Program-made: the position numbers and the translations under genes
The notes under the pieces: generated by a model
The model's database searches: none
Told to the model about the DNA's origin: nothing
Seen by the model: only the letters and a program-made list of their open reading frames with translations
Part shown: positions 7,137 to 15,520 of the stretch, one piece after another
How the letters are laid out: each line of letters begins with the position of its first letter
How positions within the stretch are numbered: the stretch's first letter is position 1
Assembly: GCF_000017845.1 (NCBI RefSeq)
Contig: NC_010546.1
Coordinates: 4,230,001 to 4,262,000 of the forward strand
Source: Crocosphaera subtropica ATCC 51142
GTDB taxonomy: Bacteria > Cyanobacteriota > Cyanobacteriia > Cyanobacteriales > Microcystaceae
Direction: 5' to 3'
Length of the DNA: 32,000 nt

Positions 7137-8051
7137 ATGAAACCTCGTAATATTGTCTTTATTGTCGCTTATGCGATCGCTTTAACTGGGATAAGTTTAT
7201 GGATGGGACAATTATCCTATTCCTGGTTTCCGCCTCAAGCATCGGCCGAGTCTTTGCTAATAGATAAGTTATTTGCTTTTCTAGTAACGTTAGGAACCTT
7301 CATCTTTCTGGGTATCACAGGAGTGATGATCTACTCTGTGGTGTTTCAGAGGGCAACAAAATATGATTTTAGCGACGGGCCCCATATTGAAGGGAATGTC
7401 ACCTTAGAAGTGGTTTGGACAGCTATTCCTATTCTCTTGGTGTTTTGGTTAGCAGGATATAGTTATTACATCTATGATCAAATGGCTATTCGTGGCCCAA
7501 TGGAAATGATGCACTTATCGATGGGTCACGGTGATACGACTACAGCAGTAGAAGAACAACCCACAGAAGAAATAGAAGTCATTTCTAAACAATGGGCCTG
7601 GGTATTTCGCTATCCAAAAAGTAATGTTACCAGTACGGAGTTACATCTTCCGGCCAACCATCGTATTAAGTTAGCGTTAACCTCAGAAGATGTGTTACAT
7701 GGTTTGTATATTCCAGCCTTTCGGGTAAAACAAGATATTGTCCCCAACGAAACCATTGACTTTGAGTTTACCCCGATAAAAGAAGGAACCTATCGGTTAA
7801 GGGACTCACAGTTTAGTGGAACTTATTTTGCCACTATGCAAACCAATGTGGTAGTAGAGTCTCCTGAAGACTATCAAACTTGGTTAGCTGAGGCTAAAAA
7901 GCGCAAACCTTCCCCTGCTTATAACCAAGCTGCTGCTGAATATTCTGAACATACCCAACGAACTTTTAAAACAGGTTGGCCCACTGTTATTCCTGCTGAT
8001 CCTCCAGTGGTTAACTATAGCAAAAATGAATCCCCCCTATCCCCCCTTTAA
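7137..8051 (+). CDS. ctaCII: Heme-copper oxidase subunit II lacking the CuA site (ARTO / CtaCII-type)
   Basis: 304 aa with two N-terminal TM helices and a cupredoxin domain (DVLHGLYIPAFRVKQDIVP). Where the canonical CuA loop C-x-E-x-C-G-x-x-H-x-x-M should be, it reads D-S-Q-F-S-G-T-Y-F-A-T-M (nt 7803..7838). Confidence 0.85.
   Translation: MKPRNIVFIVAYAIALTGISLWMGQLSYSWFPPQASAESLLIDKLFAFLVTLGTFIFLGITGVMIYSVVFQRATKYDFSDGPHIEGNVTLEVVWTAIPILLVFWLAGYSYYIYDQMAIRGPMEMMHLSMGHGDTTTAVEEQPTEEIEVISKQWAWVFRYPKSNVTSTELHLPANHRIKLALTSEDVLHGLYIPAFRVKQDIVPNETIDFEFTPIKEGTYRLRDSQFSGTYFATMQTNVVVESPEDYQTWLAEAKKRKPSPAYNQAAAEYSEHTQRTFKTGWPTVIPADPPVVNYSKNESPLSPL
7173..7180. repeat. HIP1 (highly iterated palindrome GCGATCGC), one representative of at least 9 copies
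   Basis: Perfect octamers found by eye at 7173, 11128, 12458, 15785, 16230, 18006, 19114, 19770 and 21973 (start positions). Several CGATCG cores occur elsewhere. Confidence 0.9.
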
Positions 8052-8105
8052 AAAGAGGGGCAAGCAGAAAGCGGAAGGCAAAGTTAGTCTATTACCCTTA
8101 TATTT

Positions 8106-8126
8106 CCATTCTTCATTCTCCATTCT
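8106..8126. repeat. Heptanucleotide tandem repeat (CCATTCT)x3, STRR-like
   Basis: CCATTCT TCATTCT CCATTCT, in the ctaCII-ctaDII spacer immediately before the ctaDII ATG. Confidence 0.5.
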
Positions 8127-8130
8127 ACAA

Positions 8131-9810
8131 ATGACAGATAGTCAAGTTAAAACAACAAATATTATTACAGAAAGCTATCAAGACCTATCGGCCAGAAACT
8201 GGAAACGATATTTTAGCTTTAGTACGGATCATAAAGTCATTGGTATTCAATACTTAGTGACTTCCTTTATCTTCTTTCTCATCGGTGGTATCTTTGCGAT
8301 GGTCATTCGGGGCGAACTGATCACCCCTGAAGCGGATCTCGTCGATAGAACCTTCTATAACGGGATGTTCACCATGCACGGTACAATAATGCTGTTTTTG
8401 TGGACATTTCCCTCCTTAGTCGGGTTAGCTAATTATTTAGTTCCTATTATGATCGGGGCTAAAGATATGGCTTTTCCTCGTCTCAATGCTGCAGCCTTTT
8501 GGATGGTTCCGATAGTAGGAACCCTGATGATGGCCAGCTTTTTCGTCCCCAGTGGTTCGGCCCAGTCGGGGTGGTGGTCTTATCCTCCTGTTAGCTTACA
8601 AAACCCTACAGGACAACTGATAACAGGACAGTTTCTCTGGATCTTAGCAGTGGCTATTTCTGGGGTATCTTCTATTATGGGGGCGGTGAATATTGTCACC
8701 ACCGTGGTTAAAATGCGCGCCCCAGGTATGACGTTTTTTCGGATGCCTATTTTTGTTTGGGCTGTTTTTAGCGCACAAATCATTCAATTATTCGGTCTTC
8801 CTGCTTTAACCGCCGGCGCAGTCATGTTATTGTTTGATTTAACGGTGGGAACCAGCTTTTTTGACCCCTCCCAAGGGGGAAACCCTATCTTATTTCAACA
8901 CTTTTTCTGGTTCTATTCTCACCCTGCGGTTTATGTAATTATTTTGCCCATCTTTGGCATTTTCTCAGAAATCTTCCCAGTTTATTCCCGTAAGCCTCTG
9001 TTTGGTTACAAAATTGTTGCGATCTCTTCCTTACTCATTGCAGCCGTCAGTGGGTTAGTTTGGGTTCACCATATGTATGCTAGTGGAACCCCTGGATGGA
9101 TGAGAATGTTATTTATGTTATCTACCATGTGTGTGTCTGTTCCTACGGGTATTAAGGTGTTTGCTTGGGTAGCGACAATATGGGGAGGTAAGTTACGCCT
9201 CAATACTGCCATGTTATTTGCGATGGGTGCGTTGATCATGTTTATTTTTGCCGGGGTAACAGGAATCATGTTATCGGCAGTTCCTGTGGATATTCACGTC
9301 AATAACACCTATTTTGTGGTGGGACATTTCCATTATGTGTTATACGGAACGGTGACAATGGGAATGTATGCAGCTATTTATCATTGGTTCCCCAAAATGA
9401 CTGGACGGATGTACTACGAGAGTTGGGGTCAAGTGCATTTCTGGTTAGCTTTTATTGGGACTAACTTGAACTTTTTACCCATGCACCCTTTAGGTTTACA
9501 AGGAATGTTGCGTAGAGTAGCATCTTATGACCCAGAATACACCTTCTGGAACGTTTTAGCCAGTTTAGGGGCATTTTTGTTGGGAATGTCCACCTTACCT
9601 TTTATCGTCAATATGGTGAGTTCTTGGATACAAGGTCCCATCGCCCCTAGTAACCCTTGGCGGGCCATTGGTTTAGAATGGCTTATTGCTTCTCCTCCCC
9701 CGGTAGAAAACTTTGAAGACACGCCTATCATTGTTTCTGAACCCTACAGTTATGGCAAGTCAGATCCTTTGGTAAGTAACCTGGAAGGGGTGTTAGGCCA
9801 TCATGAATAG
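8131..9810 (+). CDS. ctaDII: Heme-copper oxidase subunit I (A2-type, CtaDII)
   Basis: The track ORF begins at 8026 and overlaps the ctaCII 3' end. The conserved sequence starts at the internal ATG 8131 (MTDSQVKTT...). It has the WFYSHPAVYVIILP motif (YS in place of the helix-VI Glu, meaning A2 type) and about 12 TM helices. Antisense track ORFs 8580.., 9066.. and 9525.. are spurious. Confidence 0.9.
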   Translation: MTDSQVKTTNIITESYQDLSARNWKRYFSFSTDHKVIGIQYLVTSFIFFLIGGIFAMVIRGELITPEADLVDRTFYNGMFTMHGTIMLFLWTFPSLVGLANYLVPIMIGAKDMAFPRLNAAAFWMVPIVGTLMMASFFVPSGSAQSGWWSYPPVSLQNPTGQLITGQFLWILAVAISGVSSIMGAVNIVTTVVKMRAPGMTFFRMPIFVWAVFSAQIIQLFGLPALTAGAVMLLFDLTVGTSFFDPSQGGNPILFQHFFWFYSHPAVYVIILPIFGIFSEIFPVYSRKPLFGYKIVAISSLLIAAVSGLVWVHHMYASGTPGWMRMLFMLSTMCVSVPTGIKVFAWVATIWGGKLRLNTAMLFAMGALIMFIFAGVTGIMLSAVPVDIHVNNTYFVVGHFHYVLYGTVTMGMYAAIYHWFPKMTGRMYYESWGQVHFWLAFIGTNLNFLPMHPLGLQGMLRRVASYDPEYTFWNVLASLGAFLLGMSTLPFIVNMVSSWIQGPIAPSNPWRAIGLEWLIASPPPVENFEDTPIIVSEPYSYGKSDPLVSNLEGVLGHHE

Positions 9811-9851
9811 TTAATAGTTAGGTAGTGTTATTAAGGATCAGGTGTTCAATT

Positions 9852-9883
9852 CCTGACTCCTTACTCCTGACTTCTGACTCCTC
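9852..9883. repeat. Heptanucleotide tandem repeat (CCTGACT)x4.5, STRR-like
   Basis: CCTGACT CCTTACT CCTGACT TCTGACT CCT.., in the ctaDII-ctaEII spacer. Confidence 0.55.
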
Positions 9884-9920
9884 AAGTTTCACATCATCAA
9901 TATTTCGCAAAACAATAATC

Positions 9921-10508
9921 ATGGATAGTTCAATTTCATCACAACCATTACATCACGAACACGACGCAGAAGGTAATAGTTATTTTGCTTTTATCGTCTT
10001 TCTTTGTTCAGAAAGTATCATTTTTTTGAGCTTTTTTGCAGGTTATATTATCTACAAAACAACGACCATCGACTGGTTACCTGCTGGTGTCACAGGGTTA
10101 GAAATCAAAGACCCCTTGATTAATACAGTGGTGTTAATTTCCAGTAGTTTTGTAATTTATATTGCTGAACAATTCTTAGAAAAGCATCAACTATGGGGTT
10201 TTAGATTATTTCTTCTGTTAACAATAGCTATGGGAACCTACTTTTTAGTAGGACAAGCTATTGAATGGAATGGTCTAGAATTTGGCTTTACATCGGGTGT
10301 TTTTGGAGGAATGTTTTATCTGTTAACAGGATTTCATGGTTTGCACGTTTTAACGGGAATTTTGTTACAAGGAATTATGTTAGGTCGTTCTTTCTTTCCC
10401 AATAATTATGAACAAGGGCATTTTGGAGTAATAGCAACTTCGTTATTTTGGCACTTTGTTGATGTGATTTGGATTGTTTTATTTGTCTTACTTTATCTCT
10501 GGCAATAG
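9921..10508 (+). CDS. ctaEII: Heme-copper oxidase subunit III (CtaEII)
   Basis: The track ORF starts at GTG 9825 and reads through the heptamer repeat. The internal ATG 9921 (MDSSISSQPLHHEHDAEGNSYFAF...) gives about 195 aa, the normal subunit III size. It has the typical FWHFVDVIWIVLF C-terminus. Confidence 0.85.
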   Translation: MDSSISSQPLHHEHDAEGNSYFAFIVFLCSESIIFLSFFAGYIIYKTTTIDWLPAGVTGLEIKDPLINTVVLISSSFVIYIAEQFLEKHQLWGFRLFLLLTIAMGTYFLVGQAIEWNGLEFGFTSGVFGGMFYLLTGFHGLHVLTGILLQGIMLGRSFFPNNYEQGHFGVIATSLFWHFVDVIWIVLFVLLYLWQ

Positions 10509-10522
10509 AGTAATTAATCAAA

Positions 10523-10589
10523 ATTGTAGGGTGGGCAATACCTACAATTAAGGTTGATAATATTGTAATTATCTTCTTAATTGCCCACC
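10523..10589 (+). terminator. Nested inverted repeats downstream of ctaEII (possible terminator or REP-like element)
   Basis: ATTGTAGG (10523..10530) pairs with CCTACAAT (10541..10548). GGTGGGCAAT (10530..10539) pairs with ATTGCCCACC (10580..10589). TACAAT (10543..10548) can also pair with ATTGTA (10562..10567). No clear U-tract follows. Confidence 0.3.
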
Positions 10590-10626
10590 TAATTTAATTC
10601 AAAAAAAAATAAAGGTAGAAACAATT

Positions 10627-12144
10627 ATGATTATTGACGATCAACATTATGATGTAATTATTGTGGGTACTGGTGCAGGAGGTGGCACATTAGCCAATAA
10701 GTTAGCACCCACAGGTAAAAACATTTTAATCCTCGAAAGAGGTGATTTTATGCCCTTAGAAGAACAAAATAGGGCAAATGTTGATGTCTTTAAAAAAGAA
10801 CGGTATCGGGCTGCTGAACGTTGGTATGATAAAGATGGTGAAACCTTTTCTCCTCAGACGAATTATGCTGTAGGAGGTAACACAAAAATCTACGGCGCAG
10901 CTTTGGTCAGAATGCGCGAAAAAGATTTCGATGCAGTGGAACATCAAGAAGGTATTTCCCCCGAATGGGGTCTAAACTATCAGGACTTTGAGCCCTATTA
11001 TACCGAAGCAGAAAGATTATATATGGTTCACGGACAAACCACCGATGATCCCACCGAACCCCCTCGTAGTGGTGAGTTTCCTCTACCTGCAGTTGAACAC
11101 GAACCCCAGATCCAAAAAATAGTAGATGCGATCGCCAAACAAGGGTTACATCCGACCTCGCTACCCCTCAGTTTAACCCGATCTGAAGATGATCCCACTG
11201 GAGACTCAGAAGTATTTGGTATTGTCCCCGCCTTAAAACACGACAATGTGACCCTGAAAACGTCAGCAAAAGTAGTTTGTTTATTAACTAATTCATCAGG
11301 AGAAGCCGTAAGAGCAGTAGAAGCCGAAATAGACGGTCAATCTTATCTATTTTTCGGGGATATCATCATTTTAGCCTGTGGTGCGATCAACTCAGCAGCC
11401 TTATTATTAAAATCAGCTAATCATAAACACCCCAATGGGTTGGCCAACAGTTCCGATCTCGTTGGCCGTAACTTTATGAAACACCACCAAACCGCAATGG
11501 TGGAACTTAGCGTTAACGCCAACTCCGGAAAGTTTCTACGCAGTGTTAGCGTTAATGACTTTTATTGGGGTGACGAAAACTTTCCCTATCCCATGGGTCA
11601 TATTGAAAATACCGGGGGACTCCTCCAAGACATCATTTTTGCCGAGTCTCCCCCCATTTTATCCGTGTTGGCTAAAGGAATGCCAGGGTTTGGCCTCAAA
11701 CAGTTAGCCAAGCGGTCTATTGGTTGGTGGATGTACACCGAAACTTTACCCGATCCTGACAATAGAGTTAGGGTCAAAGATGGGAAAATTTATCTTGATT
11801 TTACTCCTAATAATATCGAAGCACACGATCGCCTTATTTATCGTTGGATCGATGTCCTCAAAGCAGGAGAGAAAAAGTTAGGAAGTTCGGTGTTTGAAAA
11901 ATTAGCTATTTATCCCCGTGGAGAAGTCCCCATCCAAGCAGTGGCTAACCAATGCGGAACCTGTCGCTTTGGAGAAGATCCTCAAACTTCTGTCTTGGAT
12001 CTTAACTGTCGTACCCACGATCTCGAAAATCTTTATGTGGTAGATAGTAGCTTTTTCCCATCTAGTTCTGGTGTACCTCCTGCCTTAACGATTATTGCTA
12101 ATGCGTTGCGAGTGGGAAATCATCTTAAAGAAAAATTAAGATGA
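10627..12144 (+). CDS. GMC-family FAD-dependent oxidoreductase
   Basis: 505 aa. N-terminal FAD fold YDVIIVGTGAGGGTLANKL...ILILERG, and a C-terminal GMC signature region (..QCGTCRFGED.....LYVVDSSFFPSS). Antisense track ORFs 10756.. and 11028.. are spurious. Confidence 0.85.
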   Translation: MIIDDQHYDVIIVGTGAGGGTLANKLAPTGKNILILERGDFMPLEEQNRANVDVFKKERYRAAERWYDKDGETFSPQTNYAVGGNTKIYGAALVRMREKDFDAVEHQEGISPEWGLNYQDFEPYYTEAERLYMVHGQTTDDPTEPPRSGEFPLPAVEHEPQIQKIVDAIAKQGLHPTSLPLSLTRSEDDPTGDSEVFGIVPALKHDNVTLKTSAKVVCLLTNSSGEAVRAVEAEIDGQSYLFFGDIIILACGAINSAALLLKSANHKHPNGLANSSDLVGRNFMKHHQTAMVELSVNANSGKFLRSVSVNDFYWGDENFPYPMGHIENTGGLLQDIIFAESPPILSVLAKGMPGFGLKQLAKRSIGWWMYTETLPDPDNRVRVKDGKIYLDFTPNNIEAHDRLIYRWIDVLKAGEKKLGSSVFEKLAIYPRGEVPIQAVANQCGTCRFGEDPQTSVLDLNCRTHDLENLYVVDSSFFPSSSGVPPALTIIANALRVGNHLKEKLR

Positions 12145-12150
12145 AATCTG

Positions 12151-12183
12151 CTCCTTCATAGGAGGAATTTTTCTCACTTTTTT
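12151..12183 (+). terminator. Weak hairpin plus T-rich tail after the GMC gene
   Basis: CTCCT (12151..12155) pairs with AGGAG (12160..12164) around a 4-nt loop, followed by GAATTTTTCTCACTTTTTT. The stem is only 5 bp. Confidence 0.3.
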
Positions 12184-12228
12184 GACGGCTCAAAGGGGGG
12201 TAATAATAAAGTAAAGATTAATAAAAGA

Positions 12229-12930
12229 TCAGTGTCTTAACTCTATTTCAGTCTGCTTCAGATGACCATCTTCTAATTCTACAATGCGATCAGCTACATC
12301 TAAAATACGGTTATCATGGGTAACAATTAAAATAGTACACCCTTGTTCTTTGGCTAACGTTTGCATAATGTTAACCACATCATGACCTGATTTACTATCA
12401 AGAGATGCGGTAGGTTCATCAGCTAAAACCATCTTAGGATGACTGACTAATGCACGAGCGATCGCAACTCTTTGTTTTTGTCCTCCAGAAAGGTTATGGG
12501 GATAATAATTGATCCTTTCTCCTAACCCCACTGCGTCTAATATTTCTTCGGTTTTTTGTTTAATTTCTGTTCTAGAATATTGAGGATGTAATTCTAAAGA
12601 CATAGCGACATTTTGTCTTGCGGTTAAACATTCTAAAAGGTTATGAGATTGGAATATATAGCCAATATTGCGTCTGATTTTAACTAATTGATTTTTCTTC
12701 GCACCTACTAACTGTTGTCCTAACACTTTAAGACTTCCTTTTTGTGGCGATCTTAGCCCTCCCATTAAGGTTAATAAAGTGGTTTTACCTGAACCAGACG
12801 GACCTTTTAAAATGACAACTTCTCCTGATTTTAACGTCAAATTAATATCAAAAAGAATCTGTTTTCTTAACTCCCCTTTTCCGAAATAATGATTAAGTCC
12901 CTTAATATCAATAACAACATTATTATTCAT
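12229..12930 (-). CDS. devA: ABC exporter ATP-binding subunit, DevA family
   Basis: 233 aa with Walker A GPSGSGKTT, ABC signature LSGGQKQR and Walker B VLADEPT. It lies downstream of DevC- and DevB-type genes. Confidence 0.85.
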   Translation of the reverse strand: MNNNVVIDIKGLNHYFGKGELRKQILFDINLTLKSGEVVILKGPSGSGKTTLLTLMGGLRSPQKGSLKVLGQQLVGAKKNQLVKIRRNIGYIFQSHNLLECLTARQNVAMSLELHPQYSRTEIKQKTEEILDAVGLGERINYYPHNLSGGQKQRVAIARALVSHPKMVLADEPTASLDSKSGHDVVNIMQTLAKEQGCTILIVTHDNRILDVADRIVELEDGHLKQTEIELRH

Positions 12931-12983
12931 AATTTATTTGACTTGATTTGTTTTAACTGTTACCTGTACCCTGTTCCCTTGAT

Positions 12984-14138
12984 TTAAAAAATATCGGCCG
13001 GATCAGCAGCCCGTAATTTACCCACAGCAATAATCCCAGAAATACAACACATCAAAATGGTTAAAATCAAAACCATAATTGCTCTTGATGTGACCATCAT
13101 AATCGGTAAACCCGTCGCTTTGGCTGCATTATAATACAGTAACATCGAAAAAGAAACACCAGGAATAAACCCAATAATACCTAAAATAATTGCTTCTTGA
13201 AACACCACGGTTAATAAATAAAAATCGGTATAGCCCATCGCTTTTAAAGTAGCATATTCAGGTAAATGATCAGCGACATCTGTATATAAAATTTGATAAA
13301 CAATTACCGTTCCTACGATAAACCCCATAATAGTTCCTAGGGTAAAAATAAAGCCAATCGCTGTTCGAGTTCTCCAGAATTTTTTCTCATGTTGAATAAA
13401 CTCTTTTTTAGAATAAAAACTAATATCTTCATAGTTAAAATTTTTTCTCAAAAACTCAAGATTTTTATCTAAATCAGCCTCCGATTTTAATTTGATTACC
13501 CCAATATCAATTAACCCTTTTTTTCGATCAGGAAATAAGCGCAAAAAATTAACATCGCTGGTAATAATTGTACCATCTGCACCAAAAGAAGTACCCACCG
13601 AAAACAGTCCTCCAACTCTTATTTGACGGTTCCCAACTTCGGTTTTAACTGTTTCTCCTGACTCAAACAATTCAGGAATAGGTCCAAATTCTTTCCGACT
13701 TAAACGATCATATAAAACCACATCTTGTTGTTTAGTAACTGATATTTTTTCTTGCACTTCAGGCAATATAATGACATTTTTATCGGGGTTTAAACCAACG
13801 TTTAAAATATTTCTAGTTTTTCTCGCAAGGGGATTTTTCCAAGTAGAAACTCCGATATAAACAGGGGTAACTGTTTCTATTTGATCAACTCCTAATGTTT
13901 CGTATAATCTACGTTGAGAAAAGCTCCTAATTCCTGTTAATGTATCAGTTTTAGAATTAAGCATAAAAATGTCACCGTCTAAACTTTGATGCAGTTTAAC
14001 GGAACTGTCAAACAAAGCATCTCTAAAACCCAACTGCATAAACATCAAAACATCAGCAAAAGTAATCCCTGCTAATGCGACTAATAAACGGGTTTTTTCA
14101 TGGGTTAATTGTAACCAAGCTAAAGGAGTTTTCATCAT
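12984..14138 (-). CDS. devC: ABC exporter permease, DevC family (FtsX-like)
   Basis: 384 aa with an N-terminal TM helix, a large periplasmic domain and three C-terminal TM helices (MacB/FtsX fold). Gene order is devB-devC-devA. Confidence 0.85.
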   Translation of the reverse strand: MMKTPLAWLQLTHEKTRLLVALAGITFADVLMFMQLGFRDALFDSSVKLHQSLDGDIFMLNSKTDTLTGIRSFSQRRLYETLGVDQIETVTPVYIGVSTWKNPLARKTRNILNVGLNPDKNVIILPEVQEKISVTKQQDVVLYDRLSRKEFGPIPELFESGETVKTEVGNRQIRVGGLFSVGTSFGADGTIITSDVNFLRLFPDRKKGLIDIGVIKLKSEADLDKNLEFLRKNFNYEDISFYSKKEFIQHEKKFWRTRTAIGFIFTLGTIMGFIVGTVIVYQILYTDVADHLPEYATLKAMGYTDFYLLTVVFQEAIILGIIGFIPGVSFSMLLYYNAAKATGLPIMMVTSRAIMVLILTILMCCISGIIAVGKLRAADPADIF

Positions 14139-14140
14139 AC

Positions 14141-15457
14141 TTATAATTGAATTTCTGTGATAACTTTTGCATAGGTGAGTCCCGAAACTTTAGCGGATGA
14201 TTCTGGAGTTAACAAAATATCTACTTCAACCACTCTGACATCAACATCGGCTGCAGGATCAGTATCTAAAACGTCTTTTTTCCCAATTTGTAACCCTATT
14301 TTTTGAACGGTTCCTTCTAAGGTTCCTGAAAAGCTATTATTGTCACTCTTTACAATAGCTTTTTGTCCTATTTTTACCTTATTAATTTCACTTTCATAAA
14401 CTTCTGCAATCACCATCATTTTATCTGTTTTTCCTAGTTCTAAAACACCATCATTATCATCTACTTTTTCCCCTGGATAAGTATGAATTTTTAACACTTG
14501 TCCATCCAGGGGAGACTTAATATAAGCTAAGTCTAAATCCGTTTGTTTGTCTTCTAATTGAGCCATCGCTCTATCCAGTTCTGCTTGTGCTTTTTGAACA
14601 TCAACGGGACGAATTTCTGCAATACGATTTAAGTTAGCTTTTGCTGCTATAATTTGTTGATTTAAACTATTAACTTCTTTGCGAGATTGTGATTGTTCTG
14701 CTGCAATTTCTTCTTGTAATGTATTAATGGTTTTACTTAGTCTTTCTTGCCCTTCTCTTAAACTTTCTCTCGCTTGATCTAATTCTAATTGACGTTGCTC
14801 TAATTCTGACTGAGAAATAACGCCATTTCCTGCTAAATTTTCATATCTTTGGTATTCTCTTTGAGCATCTTTTAGTTCAGCTTTTAACCGTTCAATGGTC
14901 GCAGTTTGTTGCCGTTTTTCTCCCTCTAATTCCATCTCTAACCGTGCAAGGGTGGCTTGGTTTGTAGAAAGTTCTCCTTGTAACTCTGCTTCTAATTGTT
15001 GAATAGTTGCTTCTTGTGCCTCAATTTCCCCTAATTTAGCCCCTGCTTTCACAATTTCTAAGTTAGCTTGGGCAACTTTGACTTCTTCTTGTGCTGTCTT
15101 GAAAGCAGCTTTTTTGGTGTCTATATTATCTAATATAGCCAGGGTTTGCCCTACTTTTACCTTGTCTCCTTCTTTCACTAATAATTGTTCAATTTTTGCC
15201 CCTCCTTGGGTGGGTGGTGGGGCTAAATTAATCACTTCTCCCAAGGGTTCGAGTCGTCCCAAGGCTGAAATAGTTTCTACTTTGGGGGGTTTAATAGAGG
15301 GGCTAACCTGAGACTGCTGTGACTCAGTACGACTTAAGTTCAGCGCATAAAAGGTTGTTCCCCCCGCCAACGCAATCCCTAGGATAGATACGCCAATTAC
15401 CCAGGATTTACCCTTCTTAGAGAATAGGGTCTTTTTAAACTCCATTGCTTGTCCCAT
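14141..15457 (-). CDS. devB: Membrane-fusion (HlyD-family) protein, DevB family
   Basis: The track start at 15460 is GTG, and the adjacent ATG at 15457 is more likely. It has one TM helix, a long coiled-coil hairpin and barrel domains. It stops 2 nt before the devC start. Antisense ORF 15078..15311 is spurious. Confidence 0.85.
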   Translation of the reverse strand: MGQAMEFKKTLFSKKGKSWVIGVSILGIALAGGTTFYALNLSRTESQQSQVSPSIKPPKVETISALGRLEPLGEVINLAPPPTQGGAKIEQLLVKEGDKVKVGQTLAILDNIDTKKAAFKTAQEEVKVAQANLEIVKAGAKLGEIEAQEATIQQLEAELQGELSTNQATLARLEMELEGEKRQQTATIERLKAELKDAQREYQRYENLAGNGVISQSELEQRQLELDQARESLREGQERLSKTINTLQEEIAAEQSQSRKEVNSLNQQIIAAKANLNRIAEIRPVDVQKAQAELDRAMAQLEDKQTDLDLAYIKSPLDGQVLKIHTYPGEKVDDNDGVLELGKTDKMMVIAEVYESEINKVKIGQKAIVKSDNNSFSGTLEGTVQKIGLQIGKKDVLDTDPAADVDVRVVEVDILLTPESSAKVSGLTYAKVITEIQL

Positions 15458-15520
15458 CACGTTTCACCACATTGACTGAAAAATTAGACTAGACTGTACA
15501 GTTTGATTATAGTGCTTTCA

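Noticed and set aside
8026-8130. N-terminal extension of ctaDII (MNPPYPPFKKRGKQ...) that overlaps the ctaCII 3' end
   Set aside because: The extension is not subunit-I-like, overlaps ctaCII by 26 nt and reads through the CCATTCT heptamer repeat. The conserved sequence begins at ATG 8131.
9825-9920. GTG-initiated extension of ctaEII
   Set aside because: It reads through the CCTGACT tandem repeat, giving LLLTSDSSS low complexity. ATG 9921 yields a normal-length subunit III.
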